Shown here: one piece after another, positions 13,465 through 24,768 of the stretch
Layout of the letters: each line of letters starts with the position of its first letter
How positions within the stretch are numbered: the first letter of the stretch is position 1
Assembly: GCA_048128005.1 (NCBI GenBank)
Contig: JBEUKZ010000081.1
Span: forward strand, 124,001-188,000
Length of the DNA stretch: 64,000 nt
Direction: 5' to 3'
Source of the DNA: Veleropilina oligotropha
Lineage: Eukaryota
Program-made: the position numbers and the translations under genes
The notes under the pieces: model-generated
Database searches by the model: none
The model's input: the letters and a program-made list of their open reading frames with translations, nothing else
Told to the model about the DNA's origin: nothing

Positions 13465-14094
13465 CTGAAAACAAAACATAACCGTTACAATGATAGATCC
13501 ATCGGCTGCGTACCATGCATGAGCATGCCTATATAATGGAATATGTGATGTTTCTAAATATCCTTGAATTAACAAGAAAGAAGCAATCACAGCTTACATA
13601 CCCCCGTTCGGTGTTTTCAATAATTATACTCTGTCAATGTTATATCCGCCATTATTCTTTAAAAATAAGAAATCTCTGCAGACCCTGCAACGAAATGATG
13701 ACTAAACCATAGTCACTGTCCCAGACTATAGTCTGGAGATTCAATTATATATGAACCCTGGTCAGTTGAAGAGAGTGATATTAGACATTGGACATACAGT
13801 CTGTTCTTGTAATGGCAATATACAATCTCATTTTAAGATATCCATGGAATAAATCAATGAGGAAGTCAGTTTTCAATATCCATTCAATTCATCTGTTTGA
13901 TAATCTCAGCTCCACAGAGTGACGAATAAGCTTAACAGCTTACTGTACCTAATCATGGTGAGCAAGTCTTACAGATAATCATGTCCCTAAGTTCATCGTA
14001 CATACATAATATTTATATACTATAGTAAATAAAAGAAATAAAGTAACACTTCAAATATTAAATTTCAATACTACAAATTAAAGCATTATTAAAA

Positions 14095-15220
14095 AACAAA
14101 TTTGCACTCGCTGTTCGGTGTTTTTTATCATTGTAGTCCAGGTCAATATTAATTATATCAGCAACTTTTTAAAATATAAATTTCAGAAATGTAAAAGTAG
14201 CAAAAGACATAACTAATTAACCTAGTTAGTGTGCGTACGAAGTTTCGTGAAGATAATTGGTACGGTTTGGGAGATATGCTCCGGTCAGAAGTGTCGCATA
14301 TTATATAGTCTATGTCAATCTTATATATGCCATTTTTTGTAAAAATTAAAATTTCAGAAACAAAATAGCAAAGGCACAACCACTTAACTTAGTTAATGTT
14401 TGTACCATGTTTTGATATGCTAGCGTGTACGGTTTGGCAGATATGCTCTGGACAAAGGCGTCGTCCAAGTCAAACTAATATGCTACAGACAAAATCGTCG
14501 CACACTCCATTCATTGGCTTCATTCATTGCAGTCTATGTCAGTCTTACATCAGCAAATTTTTTTTAAAGTAAAAATCTGAAAATAGCAAAAGGCACAACT
14601 ACACAACCTAGTTAGTGTGTATACTAAGTTTAGTGAAGTTAGCCTGTACGATTTGGGAGATATGCTCCGGACAAAATCGTCCTTCATTATAGTCTATGGC
14701 AATCTTATATCCGCCATTTTTTGTAAAAATAAAATTTCAGAAACTTGAAAATAGCAAAAGACACAAGTACTCAACCTAGTTAATGAGTGTATGAAGTTTC
14801 GTGAAGCTAGCATGTACGGTTTGGGAGATATTCTCCGGACAAATCGTCGCACACTTCATTCATTGTAGTCTATGTCAGTCTAACATCAGCAATTATTTTA
14901 AAAATAAACATTTCAGAAACCTGAAAATAGCAAAAGGCACAACTACTTAACCTAGTTAGTGTGTATGCCAAGTTTAGTCAAGCTAGCATGTGCGGTTTGG
15001 GAGATATGCTCCAGACAAAATCGTCACACACTCCATTTTTAAAAATAAAAATTTCAGGAACCTGAAAATAGCAAAAGGCACAAGTACTCAACCTAGTTAT
15101 TGAGTATATGAAGTTTCGTGACGCTAGCATGTACGGTTTTGGAGATATGCTCCGGACAAAGTCGAATGACTGGAAGGACGGACAGATGGACGAACGGAAC
15201 GCTATATACCCCCAGCTAAT
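14095..15220. mobile_element. HINE-like element with degenerate ~140-180-bp core tandem repeats
   Basis: Repeated GAAAATAGCAAAAGGCACAA...GGAGATATGCTCCGGACAAA cores followed by a GGAC-type microsatellite; ends approximate. Confidence 0.6.
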
Positions 15221-15543
15221 CATAAACACAATTAATTACCATGAAGGGTTCTCCTGGATTCTCATATTGCATATTGCTCACATGTAGTATATATGCCTTT
15301 TCAGGATATTAGAGTCTTACATACATGACAGAGAGATTGCACAATCATTGCGGCTTCTTTTTAGTGCTGAGTCACATGATGTAACTTCCGTAGTGCTGGT
15401 TATGTGACTGGTCCAGTGGAGAAGTGTGATGTCCCTTCGGTTGCATCTATAGTGTTGGGTGATATTACATGATTGCCTGACTGCCATAGCAGCGGTCATG
15501 TGACTGGTCCGGTGAAGGAGTTTGATGTCACACCGGTTGCATC

Positions 15544-18156
15544 CCCAAACAAAAAATACTAGCTCGCGAAATTTTACTAGCTCATCGCGAGCTTGCGGTG
15601 AGCAAGTATTTGGAACGTTTTCGCGACTAGCTTATCGCGAGCTCGCGGCAAGCAAGTATTATAGGAACATTTCTCTCTGCAAGCTAGTCACTAGCCAGCG
15701 GAACGAGCCAGTCGCGAGCTCGTATTTGGAATGCAGCGAGCTAGTATTTAAACTTTGCGAGCTACGTGGACGAGCTCTAAACAAGAGAACTGTTATGGAA
15801 GTCAGTGATAATTATGCGTTTAATCTCTGTTTCTGACAGGTCATTGTTGGTACAGGGACTGCTGCAGTTAGTCATTTGCTTGACCAGTGTCATGTTATTT
15901 GCAATTGAACAAACAGGTTTGGATGTAACTGCTGGTAGAGACAATTTTCTGCAACCCCTCATATAACCAAGTAAAATTTATACAACCAATTTTAGAATCC
16001 TGATCTTTGTAAATGTAACTTCGTTGATTTATTGTACAAGGTAATGTTGACCTTACGGTTTTGTTTTGATGATAACTACATCTGAGTCTTTGATAGGATA
16101 ACATTGTCATAGTTCAGCACAAAATATTCACAGATTTTGTCCAAGTTTATCAGAAAAATCCTGATCACATTTGATTTTGTCCTTTCTGCGTGATCTTCTG
16201 ATTCTAGTTTCCTTACATTGTCCTGTGAAGGAAATCCATTACATGATGGACTCATGTCCAGAATAAAGCTGCCATTGCTTGCATGATGATGCAGCTATGT
16301 AATGACGCAAGCAATCCAAAATAACTTGATTCAAGAGTGAATCCTCTCATCTGTGTGTTCTTTTATATTTTATGCAGGTAAAATCACAAAAAGTGGCATA
16401 TTTCTTCATGACAAAACAGCATAATTAAGAGAAAATGTCAAGATCAGTGTTCATCAGCAAGAATGCATCTGGTGGCCATCTTGGATAAGGATTGAGAAAT
16501 CATTTTGCAAAGAAACAGAAACAAGAGTCATCAGAAGCTGATATATCCCCCCCGGTGCAACGCTAAGTTTAACACTAGATCCCATTTTTACGTTGAAGCA
16601 ACAGAAGACAGAGCAATCAATATCCCCGCAATGGTACAAGGAACATAGCCCAATACACCCAGCAAGCTTTGGAAAAGATAACATTCACGAATTCACATCA
16701 AGGGCAATAACTCTGTTAATAATCGTCGCACAACGTCTAGACTGGCATAAGGCACCAGTTCACCTACTAAGTAATACACCCAGCAAGTTTCGTAAAGTTA
16801 TGTTGAATGGTGTACGAGGTATGGTCTGGAAACGCTATCAATTACAGATGGACCGACCGGCGCATGCAATCTTTAGGGACATCAGCAAGTCGTACAAGTG
16901 TTTCCATTCGCCTTAATTGTAAATTATACCTTTTATACTAATTGGACAAGTAAATTTTTATTCGGACTGGGTGAATACATATATATAGACTGTGGCTAAT
17001 GACACAGGAGTGTGGCTAAAGAAATGCCAATTAGCCACAGTGGCTACATGGGAAAAATTCCCATCGCTAGCCCAGACATCCAGCATGTTTTGTAAAGTTA
17101 TGTGGAGCGGTGTGCGAGATACGCTCCGGAAGGGAAAACATTCACGAATTCACTGCAACGGCAAATTGTCGCACAACGTCAAGACTGGCAAAAGGTATTA
17201 GTTCACCTACTACGCAACACACCCCGCATGATTCGTAAAGTTATGTCGAGCGGTGTACGAGATACGCTCCGGAAAAGATAACATTCACAAATTTATAGAA
17301 AAGGCAATACTCTGTTACTAATCATCGCAAAACGTCGAGACTGGCAAAAGGCACCAGTTCACCTACTACATAATACACCCAATAAGTTTCGTAAAGTTAT
17401 GTCAAACGGTGTACGAGATATGCTCCAGAAACGATATTGATTACATACAGAGAGACGGACAGACAGACATACTGAGCGATCTAGCATAATACACCCAGCA
17501 AGTTTGATAAAGTATTCTCGAGCGGTGTATGAGATACGCTCTGGAAAAAATAACATTAACAAATTTACAGCAAGGGCAATAACTCTGTTAATAATCGTCG
17601 CACAACGTCGAGACTGGCAAAAGGCACCAGTTCACCTACTACATAATACACCCAGCAAGTTTCATAAAGTTATGTCAAACGGTGTACGAGATATGCTCCG
17701 GAAAAGATAACATTAACGAATTTACAGCAAGGGCAATAACTCTGTTAATAATTGTCGCACAATGTCGAGACTGGCAAAAGGCACCAGTTCACGTACTACG
17801 TAATACACCCAGCAAGTTTCATAAAGTTATGTCGAACGGTGTACGAGATATGCTCCGGAAATGATATCGATTACATACAGACGGGCGGACAGATGGACGG
17901 ACGGACGGACGGACAGACTGGGCGATCGCAAGATCCCCCTGGTTATCATCGGGGGGGGGGGGATAAAAAAGTGGACTAATTTGTATAGCAAGCTGGCAGA
18001 AATGAAACTAGCTCGTTGCGAGCTCGCAGAAATATTTACTAGCTCGTCGTGAGCTTGCAGAGAAGAAACTAGCTTGTCGCGAGCTCGCAAGATCTTGCGA
18101 CGAACTAAATATGCTCGTACTAGCTTAAGTCTCGAGCAAGTTACGAGCTTGTTTGG
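15544..18156. mobile_element. TIR element with subterminal CTAGCTCG/CGAGCTAG repeats (CACTA/EnSpm-like), split by the insertion at about 15779-17966
   Basis: CCAAACAA...TTGTTTGG ends flanked by duplicated AT(C); motif-rich arms at 15555-15778 and 17975-18150; sits inside an 88-bp repeat unit. Confidence 0.55.
16520..17966. mobile_element. HINE/pearl-like element, family A, with ~159-bp core repeats
   Basis: Same start as 5293; cores CTGGCAAAAGGCACCAGTTCACC repeated; (GGAC)n; terminal ATCCCCC...GGGGGAT hairpin. Confidence 0.75.
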
Positions 18157-18581
18157 ATCTCTAGTGCTGTGAGGCATGATGTGACTGTCATAGAGGCAGT
18201 CATATGACAGGTCCAGTGGAGGAGTTTGATGTCACTCCGGTTGCATCTATAGTGCTGTGATGCATGACATGACTGCCATAGAGGCAGTCATATGACTGGT
18301 CTGGTGGAGGAGTTTGATGTCACTCTGGTTGCATCTATAGTGCTGTGAGGCATGATGTGACTGCCATAGAGGCAGTCATGACTGGTCCGGTGGAGGAGTT
18401 TGATGTTGCTCCGGTTGCATCTATAGTCCTGTGAGGCATGATGTGACTGCCATAGAGGCAGTCATATGATTGGTCCGGTGGGGGAGTGTGATGTCACTCC
18501 GGTTGCTTCTACAGTGTTGCGCGACATTATGTGATTGCCCTAGCGGTGGTCATGTGAATTGTCCGATGGACGAGCGTGATG

Positions 18582-21507
18582 TGTTGCAATGCGGGCTGAT
18601 GAAGCTACCAGTTCGGACTTCAATAACTGGCGGAATGCCCGTCACCGCGTTACAGTGTTAATGAGATATATTGTTCAGTAGTCTGCAAGGGATTTCTATA
18701 TGTCCGGAGAACAACGATGGGAGGTTAATGGTCTTCATCGTTCGTGTCGCCTAGTATCACATGGAGTATCTACAGTCCGCTGGTATTAAAGCCATTCCCA
18801 GCTAACTGTATACTCGGATCTATACATGTATGTTTCTGTCTCTACTCAGCCGACTCTGGTCATTCCAACATAAAGGACCGTTGTGTTATCCATGCCGGAA
18901 TGCGATGGTATGAGATAACATCCCCGTGACAAGACGCTATCCGTTGGAGCCGTTGAGTTTACATCTCGCTACTGGATCACAAAGTCAGAAGTAGATTCTT
19001 GACAATTCATTTATATAGTCCACAACATGGTACAAATTACATCGGATACAATTTCTAACTACTCAAAATGAGCCCCGCCCGGGCGTGCTTTCTAGCTTGG
19101 AGCTAGCGCGGGACTGCCGCTCTCCGGCACGCACCGACACCAAACCGAATTCTCTCACCCTCGTCTCAACCAATCGGATAACCTGCTTTGGATTCGTCTA
19201 GCTATTTTCAAATTAACTCGTCCAATATTTCATCAGGAATACACGCATGTTGACACGGAATGACGAATTGACTCTTATGACAATATGTTTCATAATTACA
19301 GAATACGGGCGTCATTCATTTTGAACTCGGAACTAAACATCATTAATCTCTTTCAGTTACATAAATATGCCAATATTACGTGACGTCAATAGCTACTATC
19401 AGGCAACGTCAAGCCTCTCGCTTGAGTCCTGCTTCCGAACCCGATCGCGCACACAATGTTGATCCTCGCAAGGCTCCTCTATAAAGTCCAAGTTACGCAC
19501 GATTAGACGACTAATCGGTAGCGCAAAATTCGTAATCACGCTTTTAATCCGTAGTCGTCGCACGCACGAAGATCGAACCACCCGGGACCCTATAGGAACC
19601 TGCAAGAAAGATCAAAGCAGCAATATCGAGTTCGTAAAATATCCGTAGATACTTCCATTAAAGTGATGCTTCCAATTAACACCAACACACATTTTACAAT
19701 TAGGCAATACAATGCTACTTTAAGACATTAAAATTTCATGCTAAACAAACTGATTCAATTATCATCAACATGGGTGTACATCATTTTGACAAGTTACTTT
19801 GATCTTCAGTAACCAATTACACGTCTTACTTTCTCATCACTTGTTAAATGAAATCAAACAATTCTTAAATTATTAATTTTCTCTAATATTTATTCTCGTC
19901 TGCCTCACTATTTCTGTTTCTGACTCAATTAATCTTCATAATATATTTCCCATTATGGCTTCCCTGTTATTAAATACCCTACTCTGCGAGTTTGTTTACA
20001 AAGGTCAACTGCGCTGATCCCTCGCTGCAGGAACCAAAATTTTGTAATCAATCCAGTCTCTGGCAGTTACAGTAATGCATATCTTTGGCATATATCATGC
20101 TACATACATTAAGACTGTCAATGAATAAATTGACACATTTATCGCAGCATTTGTAGAAACTGATACACATTCGTTTTATACCACACTATGATTTACTCAA
20201 TAGTGCTTTATATGGCATACAATAAATCCATTATACAATGGAAACAATACATCTTTCTGCTATAAATACAGTTTAGCTCTTCATTAATGGTAACTATCTT
20301 TCCCTATTCCGGTTCCAATATCAATGATATAATTCAAAGCATGCAAACACAATATTTATTTACAATACAACCACCTTCTTATTTATGGACTCCTATTTTA
20401 ATTCCTCTAACTCGATTGGTTTCACACCGGCGCTCACCTCCATATTATTACATTTACTATATGAAACCTTACTTTCGGCAATTTTTATTACTTTAAATTT
20501 ATAATCAGGTGTATTACAAGTGCAGACAAATTACATGACACACTCACCCTATGTTATTGTTGATAACAGCTCCGTCTTTTGGTATCCCGGTCTGCCAGTG
20601 TTGTCTGCGTCATCCACCATGAAGTTTCCTCTGCGGTTTGTTGATATCCGTAGGTCATCCTGGTCACGGCACCAAATTAACCATCTGTTGCAATGCGGGC
20701 TGATGAAGCTACCAGTTCGGACTTCAATAACTGGCGGAATGCCCATCACCGCATTACAGTGTTAATGAGATATATTGTTCAGTAGTCTGCAAGGGATTTC
20801 TATATGTCCGGAAAACAATGATGGGAGGTTAATGGTCTTCATCGTTCGTGTCGCCTAGTATCACATGGAGTATCTACAGTCCGCTGGTATTAAAGCCATT
20901 CCCAGCTAACTGTATACTCAGATCTATGTATGTTTCTGTCTCTACTCAGCCGACTCTGGTCATTCCAACATAAAGGACCGTTGTGTTATCCATGCCGGAA
21001 TGCGATGATATGAGATAACATCCCTGTGACAAGACACTATCCATTGGAGCCGTTGAGTTTACATCTCGCTACTGGATCACAAAGTCAGAAGTAGATTCTT
21101 GACAATTCATTTATATAGTCCACAACATGGTAAAAATTACATCGGATACAATTTCTAACTACTCAAAATGAGCCCCGCCCGGGCGTGCTTTCTAGCTTGG
21201 AGCCAGCGCGGGACTGCCGCTCTCCGGCACGCACCGACACCAAACCAAATTCTCTCACCCTCGTCTCAACCAATCGGATAACCTGCTTTGGATTCGTCTA
21301 GCTATTTTCAAATTAACTCGTCCAATATTTCATCAGGAATACACGCATTTTGACACGGAATGACGAATTGACTCTTATGACATTATGTTTCATAATTACA
21401 GAATACGGGCGTCATTCATTTTGAACTCGGAACTAAACATCATTAATCTCTTTCAGTTACATAAATATGCCAATATTACGTGACGTCAATAGCTACTATC
21501 AGGCAAC
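18582..21507 (-). mobile_element. Non-autonomous LTR retroelement (LTRs 18582-19407 and 20686-21507; about 1.28-kb non-coding interior)
   Basis: 826/822-bp direct repeats, about 98% identical, TGTTGC...GCAAC ends; tRNA-His-type PBS just inside one repeat; no gag or pol ORF; no clear TSD. Confidence 0.8.
20657..20674 (-). promoter_or_regulatory. Primer binding site TGGTGCCGTGACCAGGAT (tRNA-His type)
   Basis: Starts with TGG, is complementary to the 3' end of tRNA-His (...GUCACGGCACCA) and lies 11 nt inside the 5' LTR. Confidence 0.8.
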
Positions 21508-22021
21508 TAGTTGTTATTGATAATATACACACAATTATATCAGATCATAGGTCACGATAAATCTCTTTTGGCAGGGGTGCTCGGTGCAATTCGTCATTAG
21601 TACATTATTTCAATATTAAAACCTATACAATAGTAATGAATCATTAATAAAGATCTACTCATTAAGTACCTTATTGCAACAGATGTCACACAATCATCAA
21701 CCATCACAGTGGCAGCATGGCAATGGTTGTGCATACGTCTGTCAAACCTACAGTCAAAACTCATGAAAACCCTACATATAGTTTGATGTTGTGATCATGA
21801 ATCCATAGCAAAACCAGACCCATAAGCACTACTTTTCTGATGCATGTGCAGTATCACACAAACATTACATACGGCAAAGATCAATGTCATATACAACTTT
21901 ATATTTTCCAAAAACTCAAGAACTACACATTTCTGAAATTGTGCCATGGGGATCCATACCTTGCAGGAAGGGCCTTTAGACGTATTAATTAATAGATGTA
22001 TATTGTCTAAAAAATACCCAC

Positions 22022-22059
22022 CTCATCCGTTACCTGGGCTCCAAAGGTCACCCATGTTC
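22022..22059 (-). CDS. KCNAB: Kv channel beta subunit, internal coding exon: (G)TWVTFGAQVTDE
   Basis: 38-bp exon, ctttcttccag acceptor, gtgggt donor; matches Kv-beta GTWVTFGGQITDE; in frame with both neighbours. Confidence 0.95.
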
Positions 22060-22308
22060 CTGGAAGAAAGAATCTGACATTTATGCAAAAACCTAGGTTG
22101 GAGGTACCAGAAATAAACTGAAAAATGATTTTATTCATAAACTAGATCCTTTAGCCGAAATTTTGTTTGTTTCTGCAGAATGCACGAGAAGGACCATATA
22201 AACTGAATCGTGTATTAGTCATTTAAAGTTATCCCGACCTTTGACAAAATATTAATAAATGCATTTTCTGCAAAATATTAATAATAGTATTTTCTGCATA
22301 CCATAGAT

Positions 22309-22534
22309 GATGATGATGAATTGATGTTTAATGACCACACCAACAATATTTCCGTTATATATACATATATATACAATATACATCGGGTCAATCAACTTTG
22401 AATGATGAAATGAAGTGGTGCTGTGTGCAATGGAGGCAGCAACCATTGGAAAAATCACTGGCACCCCCGGGGCTTGAACCTGTGACCTCACGTTTAGTAG
22501 CCCAGCACCGTAACCACTCGGCCACGCTACCCCC
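22309..22534 (-). mobile_element. tRNA-derived SINE with 16-bp TSD
   Basis: tRNA-like head with A box TGGCCGAGTGG and B box GGTTCAAGCC; (ATC)n tail; TSD TCTGCATACCATAGAT at 22293-22308 and 22535-22550. Confidence 0.88.
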
Positions 22535-23224
22535 TCTGCATACCATAGATCAAATTTGGAAAATAATGTGGTTAGGACACGTGTTTGGGTACCCAATTGC
22601 AAGTCACCATTCGCCATTTAATAGAAATGTGTCTCGAACACACACATACAGATGCTATGATATTATATATTTATTATATGCCAGTTGTTTTCTGATGCCT
22701 ATTCTCGGGCATTTTTCCGAGACCCTGTATCACGGACATAGCTGATATGGATTCGGAAAACGTCTCCTGCTTATATATTCAAAATGGCTGCCAAACCATA
22801 GGAACTACTTCCAAGTCATTATGGAAAAACATGTGTTAGTTTTACCGCATATATCGAAGTAACAGATCTTGAAGCTTAAATTACATTATTTCTATTTAGA
22901 TAAATAATGAATTGGCATTAAAATAATACAGAAATCCATCTGGTAAATTTTATAAAACTCAGAAGGAAGAACATTATTTCTTATTTTACGCCAACTCGCA
23001 ATGTCTATTTCTTGAGAACCTTTCAAACGTTCCTTATGAGGTGACGTCATATTATTATACATAGTGATGTGACGTCAAATGCATAGTTACGTGACATATT
23101 TATGTACTGATTCGCATTGTTAAATAATCCTAGACTATGTCAACCTCCCTTACAGATTCATGACTAAATTACCAAAATCTTTCGATTCAATTTAATATGA
23201 AACTTGACGTGGCATATTATAAAA

Positions 23225-23354
23225 ATGTTATCAGCAATAATGTGAATTCCTGCACGTCGGAAACCTCTCGTGAGGTCGTAGTTTTTGCGGCGGATAAACT
23301 GCGACCTCACTCGAGGTTTCCGATGTGCCAGAATCCACACAATACTGATAACAT
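23225..23354. repeat. 130-bp imperfect palindrome (fold-back element)
   Basis: ATGTTATCAG...TCGGAAACCTC..GTGAGGTCGTAGTTT pairs with AAACTGCGACCTCAC..GAGGTTTCCGA...CTGATAACAT. Confidence 0.85.
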
Positions 23355-24364
23355 CAATATATAAATTAATACAACAATGATTGACTTCTGTTTAAAAATC
23401 CTTTTCAGGTGTCAGTCTGGAAAATTAATTTTAATATTTCTTACTACAAGAATCAGAAAAAATAATAACAGCTTTAATCCTTATAGACATGAAATACACT
23501 AGGTAATGTATAAGCAGAGATAACATGACTTCCATGCATGCACATGCAATTCATGTCATACGTATACTTCAACTACGTGAGAGCACCGTACATATAATCA
23601 TTTATAAGGCCCACATTCAGTGAACAACAACCTTGGACCAACAAAGGTTAAAATTCCCCATGACACTACGCGAACTTTAACTTCATAATATACTCTTTCA
23701 GATGCTATTTGATTGTTTGTTACACATATTCAGTCTGGAGAATGTGTGTTTGCTCTCTCATTCATGTGCAACACAGGTGAGTTTGCTCTCTCATTCATAT
23801 GCAATGCAGGTGAGTTTTAGCTGTTCTACTATTAGACTTGGGTACCACAGACATTTGAGTACCAAGGAACAAAAAGGTGTTAACGATTAAAGTGAGTTTA
23901 GCATATGATAAGTGGAAGTCTTGATTATGTCATGATCTTGATCTACACAACAAAGACGCTTGGACACGAAGTAATACGGGTTATTAAATATATACAGAGC
24001 CTTCTTAACTTTTTGTTCGGTCCAATCATGACAACTCCTTCATTGGACAATTCACAATATAACAACATTTTTTTTGGATTGTTTGTTAGCATTATTTTCT
24101 AGTGTTCATTAATTGAATTACCAGTCAAAAAAGTTCACCCGATATTCAAACACATTTAAAAACGTCAACAAAAATCAAATAAACCACATCCATATACACC
24201 TGCAAAAATAATTTCATATCTGAAAAATGTTGAATCTAAAATTTACATATAAATTCAGCTTGAATACAATGTTTGTTTGCATAGTAAAATAATTTATTCA
24301 GGTTTAGACACAAAATTTACAAACTCAAGCGATTATACGGTAGTTATTTAAATTAAATACTTAC

Positions 24365-24408
24365 CAAGCCCAATATTGGACACCCTGAGGCCAGATTTCC
24401 CTAGATTT
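24365..24408 (-). CDS. KCNAB: Kv channel beta subunit (KCNAB/Hyperkinetic-like), internal coding exon: (R)NLGKSGLRVSNIGL(G)
   Basis: 44-bp exon flanked by tgtttcag acceptor and gtaagt donor; peptide matches the conserved Kv-beta motif RNLGKSGLRVSCLGLG; phase fits the next exon. Confidence 0.95.
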
Positions 24409-24768
24409 CTGAAACACAAAGTAATACGGATGACAGATCACAAACAGAGAAAAGATAGAATGATTTTGAATAGCACTTTCATGAACCTTTGAATGTTGAA
24501 TTGAATTAAATTTGCATGCAAATGAGACGACATATGCAAGCCATTTCCAGGCATAAAGAGAGAGGAAACCGAAATCTGTCTCTTGCTTGCAACAAATAAA
24601 TAAGCTTCAAAACCTTCTAAGTTTTTATTAATAAACGTAATCGCATTAGATCTGATTCTGGAAGAGTAGTGACAAGAACATATAAAAAATGCCACCATGT
24701 TGGTCATCTTGAATATTTGAATATCGGACGGCTTCAAATTTCATTTACCGGTAGTACAAATTAATAGA

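Larger units (their letters stand above)
15370..18581 (+). repeat. 88-bp tandem repeat array split into 15370-15542 and 18157-18581
   Basis: Period 88 (TAGAGGCAGT at 18191 and 18279); the unit GGTTGCAT|CTATAGTG is broken at 15542 and resumes at about 18159. Confidence 0.85.

Noticed and set aside
13381..13590. 69-aa ORF as a complete gene
   Set aside because: Only 13385-13464 is exon; the rest is intron read-through upstream of the acceptor.
22459..22534. Functional tRNA gene
   Set aside because: The acceptor stem pairs poorly, and the head continues into a SINE body with tail and TSD.
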